DNA from: Nannocystales bacterium
GTDB taxonomy: Bacteria; Myxococcota_A; Polyangia; Nannocystales; Nannocystaceae
Assembly: GCA_050633305.1 (NCBI GenBank)
Contig: JBOEGF010000036.1
Span: forward strand, 1 to 64,000
Direction of reading: 5' to 3'
DNA: 64,000 nt
Shown: piece after piece, positions 39,363-48,828 of the stretch
Numbering within the stretch: position 1 is the first letter of the stretch
How the letters are laid out: each line of letters opens with the position of its first letter
The notes under the pieces: model-generated
Database searches by the model: none
The model's input: the letters and a program-made list of their open reading frames with translations, nothing else
Told to the model about the DNA's origin: nothing
Position numbers and translations under genes: made by a program

Positions 39363-41123
39363 ATGCAGCACTACACCGCGCCCATCGACGACATGATGTT
39401 TCAGCTCGCCGCCTTCGGTTACGAAGCCGTGGCGAAACTCGACCGGTTCGAGGCTTTCGATTTCGAGACCGCTCGGATGTTCCTCGAGCAGACAGGCACG
39501 CTCGCCTCAGAGATTCTGCTTCCCTCGAACCGAACCGGGGACACAGAAGGGACCAAATGGGATCCCAAGACCGGGGCGGTGACGATCGCGAGCGGATACG
39601 AAGCGGGACACCAGGCCCTGGCCGAGAACGGCTTCTACGGCCTGACCGCGGACGTCGAGCATGGTGGCGGTGGCGCACCGATCTCGTTGGGGACGCTGGC
39701 CAAGGAGATGCTGATGTCGGGGAACAAGTCCCTGTCGATGTGCCCGGGCCTGACCAACGGTCTCATCGAGGCGCTCGAGGCGTTCGGCTCGGACGAGCAA
39801 AAAGAGATGTATCTCCCCAAGCTCGCCGCGGGCGAGTGGACCGGGACGATGTGTCTGACCGAGGCGCACAGCGGGACGGACCTCGGTCTGTTGGGCACCA
39901 AGGCCGAAGCGTTCGAGGATCACTTCAAGCTGTCCGGGTCGAAGATCTGGATCACCTGGGGCGAGCACGAGCTCTCCGAGAACATCATCCACCTGGTGCT
40001 CGCCCGTCTGCCCGGCGCCCCTGCGGGCATCAAGGGCATCAGCACCTTCATCGTGCCGAAGTTCCTGGCCGACGGGAGTCGCAACGGCATCTCGTGCGCC
40101 GGTCTCGAGCACAAGATGGGCATCCACGGCTCCCCTACCTGCGTCATGGCGCTGGAGGAGGCCGAGGGCTGGTTGGTCGGTGAGCCCCACAAGGGCATGC
40201 GCACGATGTTCATCATGATGAACGCCGCTCGCCTCTTCACCGGGGTCGAGGGCATCTCGCTGGGCGAGATCGCGTACCAAGCCGCACTCGACTTCGCCAA
40301 GGAGCGCCGTCAGAGCCGTGCCATGGCGATGGGCAAGCGCGAGGCGGGTCAGGCCGCCGACACCATCCTCGTGCACCCTGACGTGCGCCGGATGCTGCTG
40401 GACGTCAAGTCCACCACCGAGGCCCTGCGAGGCCTGTCGGTGTTCATCTCCGCCAACATCGACATCTCCACCGACCACCCCGACGAAGCCACCCGTCAAG
40501 AGTCGGACGACCTGGTCGCGCTCATGATTCCGATCATGAAGGCGTACGGCACCGAGCGCGGCTTCAAGAACGTGTCCGACTGCATGCAGGTGTGTGGCGG
40601 CATGGGCTACACGGTCGACGGCGAGATCGAGCAGTACCTCCGAGACCTTCGCATCGCGATGATCTACGAGGGCACCAACCACATCCAAGCGCTGGACTTG
40701 GTTGGGCGCAAACTCGGCCTGAGCAATGGCCGGCTGTACCAGGTGTTTGGCAAGCGGGTCCGCGCGGCCATCGACACCGCCAAGGCCAACGAGGCCACCG
40801 CGCCCTTCGCGACCAAGCTCGGGGAGACGCTGTCGGCCCTGGATGCGGCCACGATGGCACTGGGCAAGCGGGCCTCTGACGACCCGGAGGTCATGGGGGC
40901 GTCGGCCTCGACCTACCTCAGCGCATTTGGCCTGGTGGTCTGCGGGTTCTCGCTGCTCACGCAGGCCAACCACGCCGTGACCGCAAAGACCGACAACCAG
41001 CGGTCCAAGCTCGGGGTCACGCGTCACTTCTTCGACCGGGTACTCCCCGAGATCGAGGGACACTTCGCACTGCTGGGTGCGAACCACGAGTCGATCACCC
41101 AGTTCGACGACGCGGATTTCTAG
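39363..41123 (+). CDS. Acyl-CoA dehydrogenase
   Basis: GTMCLTEAHSGTDLG, GSKIWIT, EHKMGIHGSPTC and IYEGTNHIQALDL. Confidence 0.95.
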   Translation: MQHYTAPIDDMMFQLAAFGYEAVAKLDRFEAFDFETARMFLEQTGTLASEILLPSNRTGDTEGTKWDPKTGAVTIASGYEAGHQALAENGFYGLTADVEHGGGGAPISLGTLAKEMLMSGNKSLSMCPGLTNGLIEALEAFGSDEQKEMYLPKLAAGEWTGTMCLTEAHSGTDLGLLGTKAEAFEDHFKLSGSKIWITWGEHELSENIIHLVLARLPGAPAGIKGISTFIVPKFLADGSRNGISCAGLEHKMGIHGSPTCVMALEEAEGWLVGEPHKGMRTMFIMMNAARLFTGVEGISLGEIAYQAALDFAKERRQSRAMAMGKREAGQAADTILVHPDVRRMLLDVKSTTEALRGLSVFISANIDISTDHPDEATRQESDDLVALMIPIMKAYGTERGFKNVSDCMQVCGGMGYTVDGEIEQYLRDLRIAMIYEGTNHIQALDLVGRKLGLSNGRLYQVFGKRVRAAIDTAKANEATAPFATKLGETLSALDAATMALGKRASDDPEVMGASASTYLSAFGLVVCGFSLLTQANHAVTAKTDNQRSKLGVTRHFFDRVLPEIEGHFALLGANHESITQFDDADF

Positions 41124-41188
41124 AACGCCGCTGAGGCCAGGCTCCCTCTGTCACCGATCGACGAGGGGGCCAGGCCGACGACGAGCTG

Positions 41189-42076
41189 CTAAAAGAACTC
41201 GTCGCGTCGGGCTTGGAGTTCGCGAGCTTTCTGTTGCTCCACCCGGTTCTCGGCGGCGATTCTTGGAATCGCATCTGCATCGGCTTTGAGAACCTCGTCG
41301 AGCAGTCGGTCAAACGTCGCTTCGTCCTGGGTCTTCACCGCGAGCTCGGCTGCCCACAGGACTCTCGTGGAAAGGACATCAGGCGAGATCTCGAGCGCCG
41401 CCTCGAAATGCTCGCGCGATTTGTCGAGGTCGCCCCCGGCAATCGCGGGCGCGACTGCGTAGAACACTCCGAAGTAGGTGTGCGGTGCGCCTCCCAGGAA
41501 TGTGGGGTCGAGCGTCAGGACTCGCTCCATCGTGACCTTGATGTTGTCTTTGTGCCGCAGCATCACCGCGAACCCCTGCTTCTTGGCCCACTTCCCCAGT
41601 GCGGTCGCGTACCAGAACATCGCGGGGACGCCCTGTTCCCCGACTTGCGCGACCGCATCGGGGTACTTCGCGTCCGCTGCCATTGCCGCCGCGAACTCTG
41701 GCGATGACGCCACCATGGCTTGCTCGCCCCAGTGCAGCCCAGCTTCGAGGGCGTCGAGGTATGCGTCCTCGTCGTGGCGAAGGTACCCGTCGGCGAGGAA
41801 GTAGTACGCGTGGGTCAGCTTCACCAGCACCTCGGCATGGCTGGGTTCGGTCGCGACCACACCCTCCCAATGGGCGATGGCCTCCCGGACGTTCTGGGGG
41901 TCGGTTCGTTCTGCCCAACGCGCATCGCCAAGCGCCACCGGATCCACCGGGTTGGCTTCGGGCTCGGCGGGCTGCGTGACCGGCTCGGGCGGGGACTCGA
42001 TACGCCATTCCGGCTGACGACCCGCACATGCGACGAGGGCAAGGCTCAAGACGAGGAGGGGGAAGGCGCGTGTCAT
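41189..42076 (-). CDS. TRAP transporter TatT-family TPR lipoprotein
   Basis: LVAC lipobox; MFWYATALG, LDPTFLGGAPH, GGDLDKSREHFE and ENRVEQQKA. Confidence 0.8.
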   Translation of the reverse strand: MTRAFPLLVLSLALVACAGRQPEWRIESPPEPVTQPAEPEANPVDPVALGDARWAERTDPQNVREAIAHWEGVVATEPSHAEVLVKLTHAYYFLADGYLRHDEDAYLDALEAGLHWGEQAMVASSPEFAAAMAADAKYPDAVAQVGEQGVPAMFWYATALGKWAKKQGFAVMLRHKDNIKVTMERVLTLDPTFLGGAPHTYFGVFYAVAPAIAGGDLDKSREHFEAALEISPDVLSTRVLWAAELAVKTQDEATFDRLLDEVLKADADAIPRIAAENRVEQQKARELQARRDEFF

Positions 42077-42139
42077 CGAAACTCCTGACTCGATGCTATC
42101 GGTTGCGTGCGTCCTGCGCGGGTCTAAACTGGGAGAGCC

Positions 42140-42430
42140 ATGCGACCGTTTCGGATCTCGCTCGGAGCCGCCGTTGGCCTCGTGCTCGCGCTCCTTGCGA
42201 CCGGGTGCGGTGCGCAAGACTGCGGGTGCGGTGCGAGCCCCGACGACGCGTTCGCCGAACATGACTTGTCGTACCCCGGCGAGCACGACCTTACCAACGA
42301 GTGCGCCTGCCGATGCGCGGACGGTCCCGTGCAGCCAATCCCCCTGGATGACGAAGGGGGCTGTGAGTACGCGGGCGCCGAGTGTATCGATGACGAGGGG
42401 TACCCCGCCGAACTCGTGTGCTCGGGCTAG
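42140..42430 (+). CDS. Small Cys-rich lipoprotein
   Basis: LLATGC lipobox; several Cys in an acidic 96-aa protein. Confidence 0.65.
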   Translation: MRPFRISLGAAVGLVLALLATGCGAQDCGCGASPDDAFAEHDLSYPGEHDLTNECACRCADGPVQPIPLDDEGGCEYAGAECIDDEGYPAELVCSG

Positions 42431-42513
42431 GGGCCGCCCGCGCTGGTACCGGGTTCCCTCGGTCGCATCTCGGGCGCGTAGGAGCGCGCCCAGGGGTGAG
42501 GTAGCCTTTCGGG

Positions 42514-43311
42514 ATGAGCGACGAGCCGCCGATGGATCTCGATGTGGCGGCCTGCTTGGCGGATGCGTACGGCGTGAAGCCGCCCCGTGTTCTTGTCGAC
42601 CTCGCCCAGACCGCGTTCGTTCACGCGACCCGGGAGGGCTTTGTCAACGACACCGACTACCTGTCGTACGGTGGCCTTGGGTTCGACCTCGCTGGCTTCG
42701 CACAGCGTCCCGTTTGGCCGGATTGCGAGCCGCATAGCTACCCATGTACGCCGCCCGAGTTGTTCGTCTTCGGCTCGCCTGGGGTCGATGGCATTCACTA
42801 CGGCTTCCTCGTCTACGCCGCCGAGTTGCAACCGTATCCGTTCGCCGCGCTCAACCCGATGAGCACCCGGAGTGGGGTCCGAGCATTGGGGGCAACGGAC
42901 GATGAGAGGGGGGCGTTGCTGGGCCCGGGTCGGTCCGGAGCGGCCGTGTTCGATCCCGCTTGGCCTGCGGTCGAGCCCGTCGTCCCCGAGGGGTGGCGGT
43001 ACGTGACGACGAGCGATGGTGTCGGGGTCTTGGCGCCGAAGGAGGCGTTTGGTGACCGACCCATGGTGGATGTTGGATACTACGCAGCTCTTGCCCCGGT
43101 GGAGCGCGCAGCGACCCGCGCACTCATGCAAGGCCACCCGGCAACGAGCCTGAGGGTGCTCCGGGAGTTCTTCGCGAACAACCATCAGGGGGATGCGGTC
43201 TCAGCCCGGGCGGTGCTGCGTCTCATGGCCCAGGCCTACCGCGCACTCGATCGCCCACTGCTCGCCGACGTGGCGCTTGGGCATGCACAGCGGCATTGGC
43301 CAAAAGGGTGA
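42514..43311 (+). CDS. HPF1/DUF2228-like (SUKH-related) protein
   Basis: TPPELFVFGSPGVDGIHYGF, TSDGVGVLAP, DVGY and AYRALDRPLLADVALGH. Confidence 0.55.
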   Translation: MSDEPPMDLDVAACLADAYGVKPPRVLVDLAQTAFVHATREGFVNDTDYLSYGGLGFDLAGFAQRPVWPDCEPHSYPCTPPELFVFGSPGVDGIHYGFLVYAAELQPYPFAALNPMSTRSGVRALGATDDERGALLGPGRSGAAVFDPAWPAVEPVVPEGWRYVTTSDGVGVLAPKEAFGDRPMVDVGYYAALAPVERAATRALMQGHPATSLRVLREFFANNHQGDAVSARAVLRLMAQAYRALDRPLLADVALGHAQRHWPKG

Positions 43312-43326
43312 GAGCCTCACATCGCC

Positions 43327-43902
43327 TCACCAAAACAGGCTCAGCACGAGGGAGCTCGCCATGCCGTACATCGCGAGAAGGCCCAGCGTCATGAACAGCC
43401 CGCGCGTGCCATCGTGGCCTCGTAGATAGCTATACGTGTAGCCCAATCGAGCGACGGCAAAACCGATGATCCAAGCTTGGGCTGCTGCGGGCGTTGGCGA
43501 GGCGAGCGAGAAGACGACCGCCAGCAACCCGAAGTGGACCGTGTTCTCCGTGGTGTTGCGGTGTGCGTTGTGGTGCCGCTCGAGTTCTCGGACGCCTTCC
43601 CGCGGAGCATCGTCGGGGCTCGTGCCGGCCTCGGCCCACTCCTCCGGGGTCGCGTGCATCTTGAATCGCCCCCGCGTCAGTTCGGTCGCCGTCATCAGCC
43701 ACGTGTGGTTGAGTGCAAGCAGACCGGCTGCGATAGCGAGCGCGCGCATCGCCTCGACGGAGGGCAACCCGACCACGTTGGGCTTCACACCAAACGCAAA
43801 GACGTTCAACGCCACGCTGACGAGGAGCACGACGACGGGATAGAGGGTCACGATCGTCACGGCGCGACGTCGGCGTTTCGTTTCGTCGATGCTGGACTTC
43901 AT
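43327..43902 (-). CDS. MAPEG family membrane protein
   Basis: ERHHNAHRNTTEN and FAVARLGYTYSY. Confidence 0.8.
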   Translation of the reverse strand: MKSSIDETKRRRRAVTIVTLYPVVVLLVSVALNVFAFGVKPNVVGLPSVEAMRALAIAAGLLALNHTWLMTATELTRGRFKMHATPEEWAEAGTSPDDAPREGVRELERHHNAHRNTTENTVHFGLLAVVFSLASPTPAAAQAWIIGFAVARLGYTYSYLRGHDGTRGLFMTLGLLAMYGMASSLVLSLFW

Positions 43903-44040
43903 GCTCTGGAATCGCCCCTCCGGTCGCACGGGCGACCCTCAGAGCCTCCCCTCAAGCTAGGCCATCGCGGCCCGCGGCGCGCGGAGCGAATCTGGACCGC
44001 AGGGGTGCAAATTTGATCCTCAGGAGTGAAGGCCGGTTGC

Positions 44041-44649
44041 TCAGCGCGAAGGGGCCACCATGGGGCTCAATGCGACCCGGGCCTGCTGCCGAACACTCTC
44101 GGGGTCGAGGCCGAGCCCCATCTGCACGAGTACCGCGGCGAGCTGGGTATCGACACATCGCGCCGCAAGCTCCGCTGAGTGTTCGGGGTTGGCCTCGCCA
44201 CGCTCGAGGCCACTGCGATACCAGCGCGCGAACGCGTCGAGTTGCTCCTGCTCGAGCTGACGAACCCTGTCCGCCGCCAGGGGCCCAAGCTTCGAGCGGT
44301 CGATTCTCATTCGCGTGAACAGACAACCGGATGGCGTTCCTCGGTCCGACGTCAATGCCACGATCGCTCCGTCGAGCGTCGCCGCAAAAGGTCGTTCGAC
44401 GAACAGCGCCTGGAGCATCGGGACGACCACGACTTCACGGTAGGCATCGAGGGCGGCGGCTTGAAGACCGTCCTCGCCCCCAAACTCGCGGTACAGGGCG
44501 GGCTTGGAGATCCCCGCGAGACGGCACATCTCGTTGAGCGAGACCGAGGACAAGCCCCGCCGCCAGTACTGGTCCATCGCGACCTCGACGGCGGCGCCCC
44601 GGTTGACGGAGCGCGGCCGCCCTCGCGCTCGCTTTTCACCAGTCGCCAT
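44041..44649 (-). CDS. TetR/AcrR family transcriptional regulator
   Basis: RGRPR...YWRRGLSSVSLNEMCRLAGISKPALYREFG HTH. Confidence 0.92.
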   Translation of the reverse strand: MATGEKRARGRPRSVNRGAAVEVAMDQYWRRGLSSVSLNEMCRLAGISKPALYREFGGEDGLQAAALDAYREVVVVPMLQALFVERPFAATLDGAIVALTSDRGTPSGCLFTRMRIDRSKLGPLAADRVRQLEQEQLDAFARWYRSGLERGEANPEHSAELAARCVDTQLAAVLVQMGLGLDPESVRQQARVALSPMVAPSR

Positions 44650-44651
44650 GT

Positions 44652-44730
44652 TTTCGTACCTTACGGTACGAAAGACCTTGACACCATCCACTGCGTGCAT
44701 CAAATGTTTTGGTACCGCTCGGTACGAAAA
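44652..44730. promoter_or_regulatory. Two palindromic TetR-type operators flanking a TTGACA -35 element
   Basis: tttcgtacc-ttac-ggtacgaaa (44652-44673, perfect) and ttttggtacc-gctc-ggtacgaaaa (44707-44730, one mismatch); TTGACA at 44678-44683. Confidence 0.75.
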
Positions 44731-44750
44731 TCCGTGCGCAGGAGAACGAG

Positions 44751-45455
44751 ATGCTCGCAGGTCACTTCACGACAGCCATTCTGGCCCGACAGAGGGTCCC
44801 CTCAGGCCATATCGGGTTCTACCTGGTCGCCTCTCAGCTGCCGGATCTCCTGTGGCTGGCCTTCCACTACTTGGGACTCGAGCCGACGGCCCCCGACAAC
44901 TTCATGGTGATGACCCTCCAGACCCTGGATGCCAACATGACGTACAGCCACGACCTGCTCCCGCTGCCGGTCTGGGCGCTTGTGACGTTGCTGGCGGGTC
45001 GGGGCCTCTTTGGCTCGTGGAAGCCGGGCCAGGCCGGCGCCGTGTTGGTGGTGGTGCACGGCCTGGTCGACTTTCTCGGGGGGTTCGACCACCACGTATT
45101 CGGGCCGGACACACCGTCCGTGGCGACCGCTCTGTATGGAACTGCGCCGTACCTCGCGATCACGCTCGAGCTCGTCTTCGTCGTCGCCACCATGGCTTGG
45201 GTTGTGCGCACGGACGCGGCCAACGGGGTCCGTCGGGGTCGTCGGACCTGGGGCATGCGAGTTGCCGTGTTCGGAGGCGGTCTCGCGTTCATGTACTTGA
45301 CGGCGACCCAGTCTGTCGCGGAGCTGTGGGGCGTGGATCCGAACCCGAACCTGTCGGGCACCGCGATGCCGACGCTGATCGGCACCTATTGGGGGCTCCT
45401 CCTCGCGCTGTGGTGGGGCGAGAGCCAAGACGGCACTCAGAGCTCGACCCTGTGA
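44751..45455 (+). CDS. Membrane protein, metal-dependent hydrolase (YdjM/LexA-binding-like)
   Basis: MLAGH, SQLPDLLW, YSHDL and VHGLVD motifs; divergent from tetR. Confidence 0.75.
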   Translation: MLAGHFTTAILARQRVPSGHIGFYLVASQLPDLLWLAFHYLGLEPTAPDNFMVMTLQTLDANMTYSHDLLPLPVWALVTLLAGRGLFGSWKPGQAGAVLVVVHGLVDFLGGFDHHVFGPDTPSVATALYGTAPYLAITLELVFVVATMAWVVRTDAANGVRRGRRTWGMRVAVFGGGLAFMYLTATQSVAELWGVDPNPNLSGTAMPTLIGTYWGLLLALWWGESQDGTQSSTL

Positions 45456-45464
45456 CGACTCCCG

Positions 45465-46058
45465 TCACACTCCGCGAAGCTGCTTGCACCAGAGCAACTG
45501 CACCTCGTCCGGCAGTTCCGGGTAGGCACCGTGGTTTGCCGCCCTGAGCACGCTTCCCATGCGTTCGTAAAATCGACACGCGGGAACGTTGTTGTTCTGC
45601 GTCTCGACCTCGAGCTGGCGGAACCCCTTCATCGCTGCCCATCTCTCTGCGGCCCTGAACAGGGCGGAGCCCACACCCTGATGGCGAGCGTTGTCCGATA
45701 CTCGCAGGTCCCAGAGGAGGGCGACGTCGTCCCGCCCCTCGGCCAGGTCCAGGCTGCCTGTGGGATCGACGGCGACGGCCGCCCCGCCGACTCGGTTGCC
45801 ACCGATGGTCGCACCGAACAAGCCCCACGCCGACAGGTCGAAGCGCTCGGGCCAGCGAATCGGCCCACCGTCGAGAATGTCGTAGTCCTTTCGATACGAG
45901 GATGCCAGGCGACGGGCGGGCTCGATGAGCCTCGGTGTTCCGTTGGCTCCGCGACCCATGTCGAATACCTCATGGACCTCGAATGCGATCGAGACCTCTG
46001 CGTATTGTTCGAGCATTCCGCGGGGCTCACTCGTCACCTCGATGGGGCCTGCGGGCAT
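45465..46058 (-). CDS. GNAT acetyltransferase (streptothricin acetyltransferase-like)
   Basis: YRKDYD, LWDLRV..ARHQGVGSAL and ETQNNNVPACRFY. Confidence 0.85.
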   Translation of the reverse strand: MPAGPIEVTSEPRGMLEQYAEVSIAFEVHEVFDMGRGANGTPRLIEPARRLASSYRKDYDILDGGPIRWPERFDLSAWGLFGATIGGNRVGGAAVAVDPTGSLDLAEGRDDVALLWDLRVSDNARHQGVGSALFRAAERWAAMKGFRQLEVETQNNNVPACRFYERMGSVLRAANHGAYPELPDEVQLLWCKQLRGV

Positions 46059-46155
46059 TTCGAGAGTATAGATTGAGCACGCAAAGCGAGGCGGGGGATG
46101 ACGTGCAAGAGCACATGGCCGCTGAAGTGGTTGTTGCCCCGCCCAAGGGGTCGAT

Positions 46156-47310
46156 GTGCTCGAACGGCCATCCATGTGGGACATCGAACACCCGCAACCC
46201 GTATCGGACGGGGTCTCGACCCCGGCGGATCGAGAAAAAGTGGACCGGCCACATGGCCGCTTTACGATAGGTTATGCCGTGCTCGTCGTACTCGCGCTCA
46301 CGATGCAAGTCGCGACTGGGCCCGTCCCGGCTCGGGGGGTCGCCGACCAACAGGCCGAGGAAACGCGTGTCGTGGTCGTTCGCAGTCAGGCCGATCTCGG
46401 CGTGCCGGAGGCTGGCGTCCGGCGTGCCCTCGAAGGACATGTTTCCGACATGGGCTACGAAGTCCGCGTGGACTTCTCTGCGGGCGACCAGCCCTGGCCA
46501 CCGTCCACCACGCAGGTTGAGCTCATCCCCGACGGGGAAGGGGGGCTGAGGGTTGCGATGCGGCGTGAGATGGACCCCCAGCCGTGGACGCGGACCCTCC
46601 CCGAACAAGGGGACACCGATCTCCTCCTCGAGTCTTTGGGTGTGCTGATGAGAAGCATGCTGGGTGCGCCGGAACCGGAACCGGAACCGGAACCGGAACC
46701 GGAACCGGAACCCGTGCCCGAACCCGATCCGGGACCGGAGTCGACCCGCGAGCCCGAACCCGAACCCCCGCCCGAGTCAACGTCAGTCCCCGGTGCGCTC
46801 GACGTTGCGGTTGGGTATCGAGGGGACACGGTCGCGGCCGGGCATCGCTGGCACTCGGGTGTGGGGCTGGACCTCGCGGGGCGCCTACCCATCGGGCTTG
46901 GGTTGGGCGGCGGTCTCGCGTTCACCCCTCAGCACGCAGGCGCCGGGCTGTCCGTCCGTCGCCTCGGTGGCCATGTGCGGGTTGGAGGATCGTTCCGTCC
47001 ACAAGCCCGGTTGCAGCCCGCGGTGTTCGCTGTGCTGTCCGCGGAGGGCCTGGGTTGGTCCGATGCGCCGACACGGTCGCAACCGCAGCCGGGCTGGGCC
47101 GTGCGGGTTGGAGCGGGGCTAGGCGCCGAAGTCCGGGCCTTTGTGACCGGGCGATGGTTCGTCGTGGTCCGCGGGTCCGCGCTGGGATGGGTCCGTGGCG
47201 TACAACTCGACCAAGAACAAGGCGAGGCGCGCGATGTCCTCATCCGCACAGATCCCGTGGCCTTTGAGGGGTGGGTCGGTTTGGGACGCCGCTGGACGCT
47301 TGCGCGCTAG
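46156..47310 (+). CDS. Hypothetical exported protein with Pro-Glu linker and beta-barrel-like C-terminus
   Basis: Hydrophobic signal segment, (PE)n linker, alternating beta-strand C-terminus; start uncertain. Confidence 0.7.
   Translation: MLERPSMWDIEHPQPVSDGVSTPADREKVDRPHGRFTIGYAVLVVLALTMQVATGPVPARGVADQQAEETRVVVVRSQADLGVPEAGVRRALEGHVSDMGYEVRVDFSAGDQPWPPSTTQVELIPDGEGGLRVAMRREMDPQPWTRTLPEQGDTDLLLESLGVLMRSMLGAPEPEPEPEPEPEPEPVPEPDPGPESTREPEPEPPPESTSVPGALDVAVGYRGDTVAAGHRWHSGVGLDLAGRLPIGLGLGGGLAFTPQHAGAGLSVRRLGGHVRVGGSFRPQARLQPAVFAVLSAEGLGWSDAPTRSQPQPGWAVRVGAGLGAEVRAFVTGRWFVVVRGSALGWVRGVQLDQEQGEARDVLIRTDPVAFEGWVGLGRRWTLAR
46669..46710 (+). repeat. (CCGGAA)7 in-frame microsatellite
   Basis: Seven exact hexamer units encoding (PE)7. 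Confidence 0.95.
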
Positions 47311-47350
47311 ATTTTGTCATCCATTTGCCATGCGCGGTCACCACAGACAG

Positions 47351-47665
47351 ATGAGCGTGACTCGGACTCGCACAACACCCGGAAAGGGGGAGGATTTCGC
47401 CCTCTGCCAGCATCGCACCCGCGGCGACCGAAGCACGGCTCGGTTTCGTGCGTGCTCGATGATGCCTGGCGCGGGCGATGCCGCACGTGGACCAGCACCC
47501 CGTCCGTTGCGGGACAGCGCCGCGCAGACCGCCGTTCGCGCGGTGGTACGATGGCAAGCCCGCTACGGAAGCCCCCTACGGCGGGCGGTTTTGGTGTTTC
47601 ACCACAGCCTCCGCACCGCGGTTCCGCGAGACATCCAGGTCGATGCCCTAGGAGCGATCGCATGA
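47351..47665 (+). pseudogene. Possible degenerate ECF sigma factor
   Basis: EDFALCQHRTRGDRSTAR and LRRAVLVFHH resemble ECF N-terminal and region-4 segments. The stop overlaps (ATGA) the anti-sigma-like gene. Confidence 0.35.
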
Positions 47666-48828
47666 CACTACACCTTGACGATGCGCGCTGGCGCGCCGCG
47701 GTGGACGCGGAACACAGGGGGGAGGCGAGCCCCACGCAGCGGAAACTCCTGGAGCAGTACAAGCCTCGCGGCGCGGAGTACCGAGCCGAGCAAGCCTTCC
47801 TCGAAGCCTTGAGCGCACCTCCAGCCTACGAGGACACTCGCCCCGAGTGGCTCGACGAGGTGCTCGACTCCATGGCGACAGAGGTGGAGGACCGGTCTCC
47901 GCCACGCACTCGTTGGCTGCCTTGGGTGAGCGTCGCCGCTGCGGTCCTTCTCACGACGGTCGCGGCAGTCGTGGGCATGCGCTGGGTCGGCGAGGAGCCG
48001 AGCCGCGCGGAGCCGATCGCATTCAGTGTTCCCTCGCTTCCCGACGCGTCGGCGCTCGAGTCACCCCCCGGTGGCTCACCGCAGGTCGACCCCACGTCGG
48101 CGGGGACGCAACCCGGGGCGAGCATCGCTCCGTCCTCACTCTGTGCGAGCGGACCACAGCACTCGATCTGCGCAAAGCCGGATGCGCGCGTCACAGCGGT
48201 CGACTCTGGCGCGGTCGCACTCCACCAAGGCGTCGTCACGATCCGAAGCCAAGACACCGAAGAGGCGCACGTACAACTCGACGACGTGACCGTTCGCGCT
48301 GGCCGTCATAGCGTCGTCGTTGTCGAGCGCACCACAGCAGGGTGGTCGGTCAGCATCGAGTCGGGGACGGCAACCGTGGTCGAAATTGGATCGGCGCGTC
48401 GCCTCGACCGAGGAGAGAGCTTGGAGCGTGGCCGCGGTAAGGCCCCGGCCGCGGCGCCGAAGCCCGGGCCTCGTCCGGTCAAGGCGAGCACGTTGCTGGC
48501 CCGCGCCCGGGCGCAACGCCGAGACGGGAACACGGCCAGCGCGATGAAGACCTACGCCGACCTGATCCGGCAGCATCCCCGGTCCCCGGCTGCCCAAACG
48601 GCTCGGATGAGCCTGGCGCAACTCCATCTCGACCGCGGCAAGACCAAGGATGCGCTGCGACTGTTCCGGGCGTATGAGAAGCGTGGCGGGCCGCTGGCTG
48701 AGGAAGCGGCGTACGGGGAGTTCCGCGCCTTGAAGAAGCTCGGTCGAGGCGCCGAGGCCCAGCGTGTCGCCGAAGCGTTCGCGCGGCGTTTTCCCGACAG
48801 CCACTACAGTGCGAAGCTCGACCGATGA
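47662..48828 (+). CDS. Anti-sigma/FecR-like membrane protein with C-terminal TPR
   Basis: Cytoplasmic N-terminus, single TM, FecR-like VALHQG..VSIESG, TPR ending FARRFPDSHY. Confidence 0.75.
   Translation: MTLHLDDARWRAAVDAEHRGEASPTQRKLLEQYKPRGAEYRAEQAFLEALSAPPAYEDTRPEWLDEVLDSMATEVEDRSPPRTRWLPWVSVAAAVLLTTVAAVVGMRWVGEEPSRAEPIAFSVPSLPDASALESPPGGSPQVDPTSAGTQPGASIAPSSLCASGPQHSICAKPDARVTAVDSGAVALHQGVVTIRSQDTEEAHVQLDDVTVRAGRHSVVVVERTTAGWSVSIESGTATVVEIGSARRLDRGESLERGRGKAPAAAPKPGPRPVKASTLLARARAQRRDGNTASAMKTYADLIRQHPRSPAAQTARMSLAQLHLDRGKTKDALRLFRAYEKRGGPLAEEAAYGEFRALKKLGRGAEAQRVAEAFARRFPDSHYSAKLDR

Noticed and set aside
41189..42076. Orphan TatT as a novel system
   Set aside because: The TRAP partner genes may simply lie elsewhere in the genome; nothing else is unusual locally.
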